A DNA stretch of 39,588 nt from sequence record SRR31156797_6670. One strand, given 5' to 3'. Every line of letters begins with the position of its first letter. Positions within the stretch are counted from its first letter, which is position 1. The notes under the pieces are model-generated. The model saw only the letters and a program-made list of their open reading frames with translations. It made no database searches and had not been told where the DNA came from. Position numbers and translations under genes: made by a program. Positions 35,498 to 39,588 of the stretch are shown here, one piece after another.

Positions 35498-37661
35498 CAT
35501 CATCGCCCTGGATAGCTTCCCGAGGATCTCTGCAGCTGCCGAAAAAATCATAATAATCAATCGCTTCCAGAACCCCCGCGGCATATGGCTGCCGGGAAAA
35601 ATAGATCCGTTCAATGTCAACCAACTGCGAGAGTTCTTCATGGTGCCGGTTAGCAACCACAGCCGCCAGCGTGTTGCCGCGCATCATGTCCTCATCGGCA
35701 CCTGATCCGCCAACGACAAAAACAGCTTCCAGTGGAATACTCAACCGTTCTACCACATAGCGCAGCGCCATTCCCTTTGAAGCCCGAAGGGGAAGTATAT
35801 CAAAAAATTGTCCAAACGCAGTTTGTACAAATACAGCCTGTTCTTCTTGATGCAGCAACTGTTTGATATCCTCAATATCAGCCTTATCTGGATCGATATA
35901 ATAACTGAGTTTAAAACGACGTTGTTCAATATTAGGTTGAATTTTGAGTCCGGGATAGTCAGCAAGGAGCTGCTTGACGGTGCGTGGTGACCACTGATAA
36001 TCAATATGCCGCGCCCAGGCGGTATCGTCGGTCAGTTTTGGTGCATGATAAATCTCAGTGCCGCTGCTGGTGATCAGTACATCTGGTTCAGGAATTTTGT
36101 GTTTTTTCATCAACTTTAAAGCTGAATTGAGACGCCTTCCTGTAGCAATTATAAAATACCCGCTTGTGCGCTCTTGTCGGATGAGTGTAACCAGCTCTTT
36201 GAGTGACTGCTTATCACCTATCAGGTTCTGGTCAAGATCGCTGACAATGGCACGATCGCGATACAGGCCAGAGCGCTGCCGAATAGGTTTGCGCAACAAC
36301 TGTTCAGAACGTTCTGCGATAGGTTTAATGATGGTAACGTATCGTTTTGCATGCGCTTCCCAAGAATAATTTTCTTGAACGCCCTGCAACCCCTGCAGAG
36401 AACTTTTCTGCCATAAGTCCTGATCATCTAGCAGTCTCAACAGCGCATTAGCGATTGTTTCCGACTCCAAGGGATCAATCAGGAATCCATTCTTGCAATT
36501 CATTATAATATCCTGTGGCCCGCCGTCTTCAGTAGCTACAATCGGCAAACCACAAGCTGCTGCCTCAATCAAGGTCAGGCCAAAGGGTTCAGTAAGAGCC
36601 GGGTTAACAAAGATGCCACCAGATGCTGCTGCAATCCGGTAAATCATAGGCACTTGGTCACGTTGATGGTGCTTAGGCAAGGCTACCTTTCCATAAAGAT
36701 CGTAACGATCGATGGCAATCAACATTTCATGAAAAACTTCCTGTGCCCCCTCTTCCAAATCTTCTATGTCGTCACGGTTACCTGCGACAATCAGCAGGTT
36801 GGTCAACTCCTGAAGACGAGAGGATTGTCCAAAAGCTTCAATGAGGGCGCTGATATTTTTTCGCCGGTCCGGTCGAGACAGGGCAAGAATAAGAGGTTTA
36901 TCGGGATTTTTTAAATGGCGGGTCAACTCGTTGAGGAGAGGACTTTGTAATTCGGTACCAGTGGATGGCGTGAATTGATTGAGATCCGTGCCTGGTGGTA
37001 CGACCCGCATCTGGTCCGGCTGATAGTGATTATACAGTTCATACTGCTCTGCAATTTCCTGACGAGTACTGGTGATGACCCGTTCTGCAGTTGCCAGAGT
37101 CTGCTCTTCCGCTTCAATACGCCGACTCATATTAAAGCGTGCCTCAATATCGGCAGTTTTCAGACCGCTCGCCAAGAGACGACTTCGCTTAACACGGCCA
37201 AGAGAATGACCGGTGTGAATGAGTGGAATGCCCTGCAGGCTGGCCAGACGTGAGCCAACATAGCCCGCATCGGCATAATGACTATGAATGATATCTGGAT
37301 AACAGTTGTGGTCATTAAAAAAAACTGTCAGGTTATCTGTAAAGATATCGAGATAGTCCCAGAGCTCTTCCTTGGCCAGATATCCTTCCGGTCCAGCATC
37401 TATGCGCACAATTCTAAGGTTATCGGCAAGTATTTCTATTTGTTTTGCGTAGTCTGGAGAGACGTTTTCATCAACTATGCGCTGGGTAATTAAGTCCACT
37501 TTCCTGATACCGGGCTGTTTGGCTAATGCTTGCGCAAGCTCGACCACATAAAGCGTTTGTCCGCCTGTGTCTGCGTCACGGCCCAATTCAAGATTCCGCC
37601 AACGAATGAGCCCGTGAATACTTAACAGGGCAACATAGAGTCCGCCTGCTTTTTGCGTCAT
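35490..37661 (-). CDS. sps: Sucrose-phosphate synthase (GT4 domain plus SPP-like HAD domain)
   Basis: SIHGLIR..NLELGRDADTGGQTLYVVELA, HSHYADAG, HTGHSLGRVK, RIEAEE, LSRPDRRKN, FVNPALTEPFGLTLIEAAACGLP; C-terminal HAD-like domain; AAGGGGGA RBS. Confidence 0.92.
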   Translation of the reverse strand: MTQKAGGLYVALLSIHGLIRWRNLELGRDADTGGQTLYVVELAQALAKQPGIRKVDLITQRIVDENVSPDYAKQIEILADNLRIVRIDAGPEGYLAKEELWDYLDIFTDNLTVFFNDHNCYPDIIHSHYADAGYVGSRLASLQGIPLIHTGHSLGRVKRSRLLASGLKTADIEARFNMSRRIEAEEQTLATAERVITSTRQEIAEQYELYNHYQPDQMRVVPPGTDLNQFTPSTGTELQSPLLNELTRHLKNPDKPLILALSRPDRRKNISALIEAFGQSSRLQELTNLLIVAGNRDDIEDLEEGAQEVFHEMLIAIDRYDLYGKVALPKHHQRDQVPMIYRIAAASGGIFVNPALTEPFGLTLIEAAACGLPIVATEDGGPQDIIMNCKNGFLIDPLESETIANALLRLLDDQDLWQKSSLQGLQGVQENYSWEAHAKRYVTIIKPIAERSEQLLRKPIRQRSGLYRDRAIVSDLDQNLIGDKQSLKELVTLIRQERTSGYFIIATGRRLNSALKLMKKHKIPEPDVLITSSGTEIYHAPKLTDDTAWARHIDYQWSPRTVKQLLADYPGLKIQPNIEQRRFKLSYYIDPDKADIEDIKQLLHQEEQAVFVQTAFGQFFDILPLRASKGMALRYVVERLSIPLEAVFVVGGSGADEDMMRGNTLAAVVANRHHEELSQLVDIERIYFSRQPYAAGVLEAIDYYDFFGSCRDPREAIQGDDDE

Positions 37662-37771
37662 TAATCCCCCTTGTGATTACGATACATTTCCCTTTCAGGT
37701 GATACTTCCGATCAACAAAGAACAGTGGCCTTTAGAAAAATAAGTACGATAAAGTGATAGTAAATTTCTCC

Positions 37772-37805
37772 ATTATAAAATCAAGTTTTTTCTATGAAAC
37801 GTTTC
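37772..37805 (-). promoter_or_regulatory. Candidate sps promoter (-10 TATAAT) with a LacI-type palindrome GAAACGTTTC over the -35 position
   Basis: ATTATA at 37772-37777 reads TATAAT on the minus strand; perfect 10-bp palindrome at 37796-37805; poor -35. Confidence 0.4.
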
Positions 37806-38361
37806 GCCAATTCAGCAGCTCTTCATAGCAAAATGGGCTTGGTCGCAACACCCTCGAAAATTACCGTTAGGTGTTACGATCAATGGTAAATGGCGCTTTA
37901 GAGAGAAAGCAAGAGGGCAAAGGGGAAAAAATGGTTACCTCTTCCCTGCCTCTCTTTTCAATGGTTTTCAAACAGTACCGCAACATAAAAAACCACTGCA
38001 TCTTATTGCGACACCTTGCCAAGCTTTTCCAAGCCTGAATAAATCGGTCCCACTCTCAATACGGCTGCAGCATGGCTGGATGTTTTTTTGGATTCCATGT
38101 TTTCCTATCTTCAACGATGTCGACCAGTTTGGGGTATTCAACACGCCCCTTTAAATCCAACCAGTTACACGGTACTCCCGTTACCTGTATAATTCAAATA
38201 TTTTTCAGAATTCGGGAGAGTTAAAGATGATTTCCCTCCACCTTACAACAAAGGCATGAGTGCTCTCTTCCCCCCTATAGATTTCGTTAAAAGCCACAAC
38301 TGTACTCACTTTTCAAAAGGGTACAGTGAAGCTCTTTATTTCATCAATATATAGTAGAGGG

Positions 38362-38389
38362 TAAAGACCAGACGACCGAGTACCGAAAA
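38362..38389 (+). promoter_or_regulatory. Candidate sigma28 (FliA) promoter
   Basis: TAAA-16 bp-ACCGAAAA versus consensus TAAA-N15/16-GCCGATAA, 60 bp upstream of ATG 38450. Confidence 0.35.
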
Positions 38390-38449
38390 GATCCCTAGAG
38401 TTCTTACGACCTGAGCAATCTCAAAAATCAACGGAGGATATTTTTAAAA

Positions 38450-39588
38450 ATGAAAATAGCTGCGACTATGGTCAGCATGGATGCGGCGAGAAACTACACG
38501 GAAGTAGATCAAAACAACACTGTCTGGCAACAGGGAAAATTCACGCCCCTTTCTTCCCAGATGCCGCAGAGTCCTTCTGCAAATGTCTTTCAGCAGAGTC
38601 TCTTTTCCCTTATTCATTCATCTACCAACCACCAGCAGTCAGCATCCTACGTGGTCACGCCTCAGGACGAGGTTACCGGCGAAAGTAATGAAACAGATTC
38701 GGTAAATCACGAACAGGCTAAGGCCCAAGCCTTGTCATCAATGGTTCAACACATATCAGGCTCCTCGGTAACCGTGCACCAGGTTGAAGCTGTCAACCGC
38801 ACCCCGTCAGCCAATTCATCACCTTTCTCTGCCAGCTTTGCCAGCCTTACCAGCAGCGCCATCCATACGGAACAGGAGTCAATCTGTTTCCAGGCAGCAG
38901 GGACAGTACAAACCGAGTGCGGTCAAACCATCTCGTTTAATATGGGCGTGCAGATGCAGCGCCAGGAAACAGCCATTCAGTCGGCAGGATTGTCCAGGCT
39001 GATCCACGGCATTGACCCCATTGTTCTCAATTTTAACGAGAACATTCAGCTTCTTGATGAGAATTATTTTTCTTTTGATCTTGATGGCGATGGCATGTGT
39101 GAGGAGCTTTCCGGATTGGGTAGTGGTTGTGGTTTTTTAGCCTTAGACCGCGATGGAGACGGAATGATATCTGATGGTCTTGAACTTTTCGGTCCTGCCA
39201 CAGACAATGGGTTTGGCGAACTAGCAAAACTGGATGATGATGGTAATACCTGGATCGATGAAAATGATCCCATATTTGATGAATTGTTAGTCTGGATGGG
39301 TGCAGGCGGAAAAGATGAGCAACTTGTCAGCCTTCGAGAAGCCGGCGTAGGTGCCATATCTGTAGCCCATGCAGGAACTCAATTTACCCTGAAAAACAAT
39401 GAAGGCCGCGTACAGGGTGTTGTCCGGGCAACGGGTCTGTTTCTTATGGAAAATGGAGAACCCAAAGCGGTGCAGGAGCTGGACCTGGTACCAAAGGAAG
39501 AGGGAGGTGAAGAAGTGGTTAACAGCACAGGGCTCTTTGGTGGAAATGACCAGGCCATTTACAACCTGCGCGAAATAATTTTCTGGCA
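38450..39588 (+). CDS. Hypothetical protein with DxDGDG/EF-hand-like Ca-binding loops (3' truncated; absent from the ORF track)
   Basis: ATG38450 with a GGAGGA RBS; the frame is open to the window end (379 codons): MKIAATMVSMDAAR...EQESICFQAAGTVQT...IDPIVLNF...FSFDLDGDG...GFLALDRDGDGMISDGLELFG...LDDDGNTWIDENDPIF...GVGAI. Confidence 0.88.
   Translation, partial: MKIAATMVSMDAARNYTEVDQNNTVWQQGKFTPLSSQMPQSPSANVFQQSLFSLIHSSTNHQQSASYVVTPQDEVTGESNETDSVNHEQAKAQALSSMVQHISGSSVTVHQVEAVNRTPSANSSPFSASFASLTSSAIHTEQESICFQAAGTVQTECGQTISFNMGVQMQRQETAIQSAGLSRLIHGIDPIVLNFNENIQLLDENYFSFDLDGDGMCEELSGLGSGCGFLALDRDGDGMISDGLELFGPATDNGFGELAKLDDDGNTWIDENDPIFDELLVWMGAGGKDEQLVSLREAGVGAISVAHAGTQFTLKNNEGRVQGVVRATGLFLMENGEPKAVQELDLVPKEEGGEEVVNSTGLFGGNDQAIYNLREIIFW

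Overview
This is a gene-dense bacterial chromosomal window with no rRNA, intact tRNA, CRISPR array, transposase or integrase visible. The gene repertoire suggests an anaerobic Desulfobacterota (Desulfobulbales-like) host; this is inferred, not shown. The left and middle parts hold a CHASE2 histidine kinase (5' truncated), a ydbH-ynbE-ydbL envelope operon, UbiB/ABC1 kinase + phasin-like + standalone RapZ C-terminal domain genes, a CLC-CBS transporter with an atypical anion site, pyruvate:ferredoxin oxidoreductase (nifJ), a CBS protein, a YkgJ Cys-cluster protein, a PHP phosphatase, a HEAT-REC protein, a CoA-disulfide reductase-rhodanese fusion, a second large AsmA-like protein and a PAS-LuxR regulator. 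The right part holds a degenerate tRNA-Gly 3' half (att-like scar), a hybrid sensor kinase, a complete sucrose cluster (sps-spp-fructokinase-amylosucrase) and a 3'-truncated DxDGDG-repeat protein. The best leads are three. (1) A 125-bp intergenic repeat present in two gapless, 76% identical copies whose long hairpin is kept by G-U pairs and a compensatory change; related termini occur inside the sucrose operon and abut a start codon. (2) The sucrose cycle, possibly on a tRNA-Gly-integrated island. (3) The CLC with substituted Ser-cen/Tyr-cen positions.
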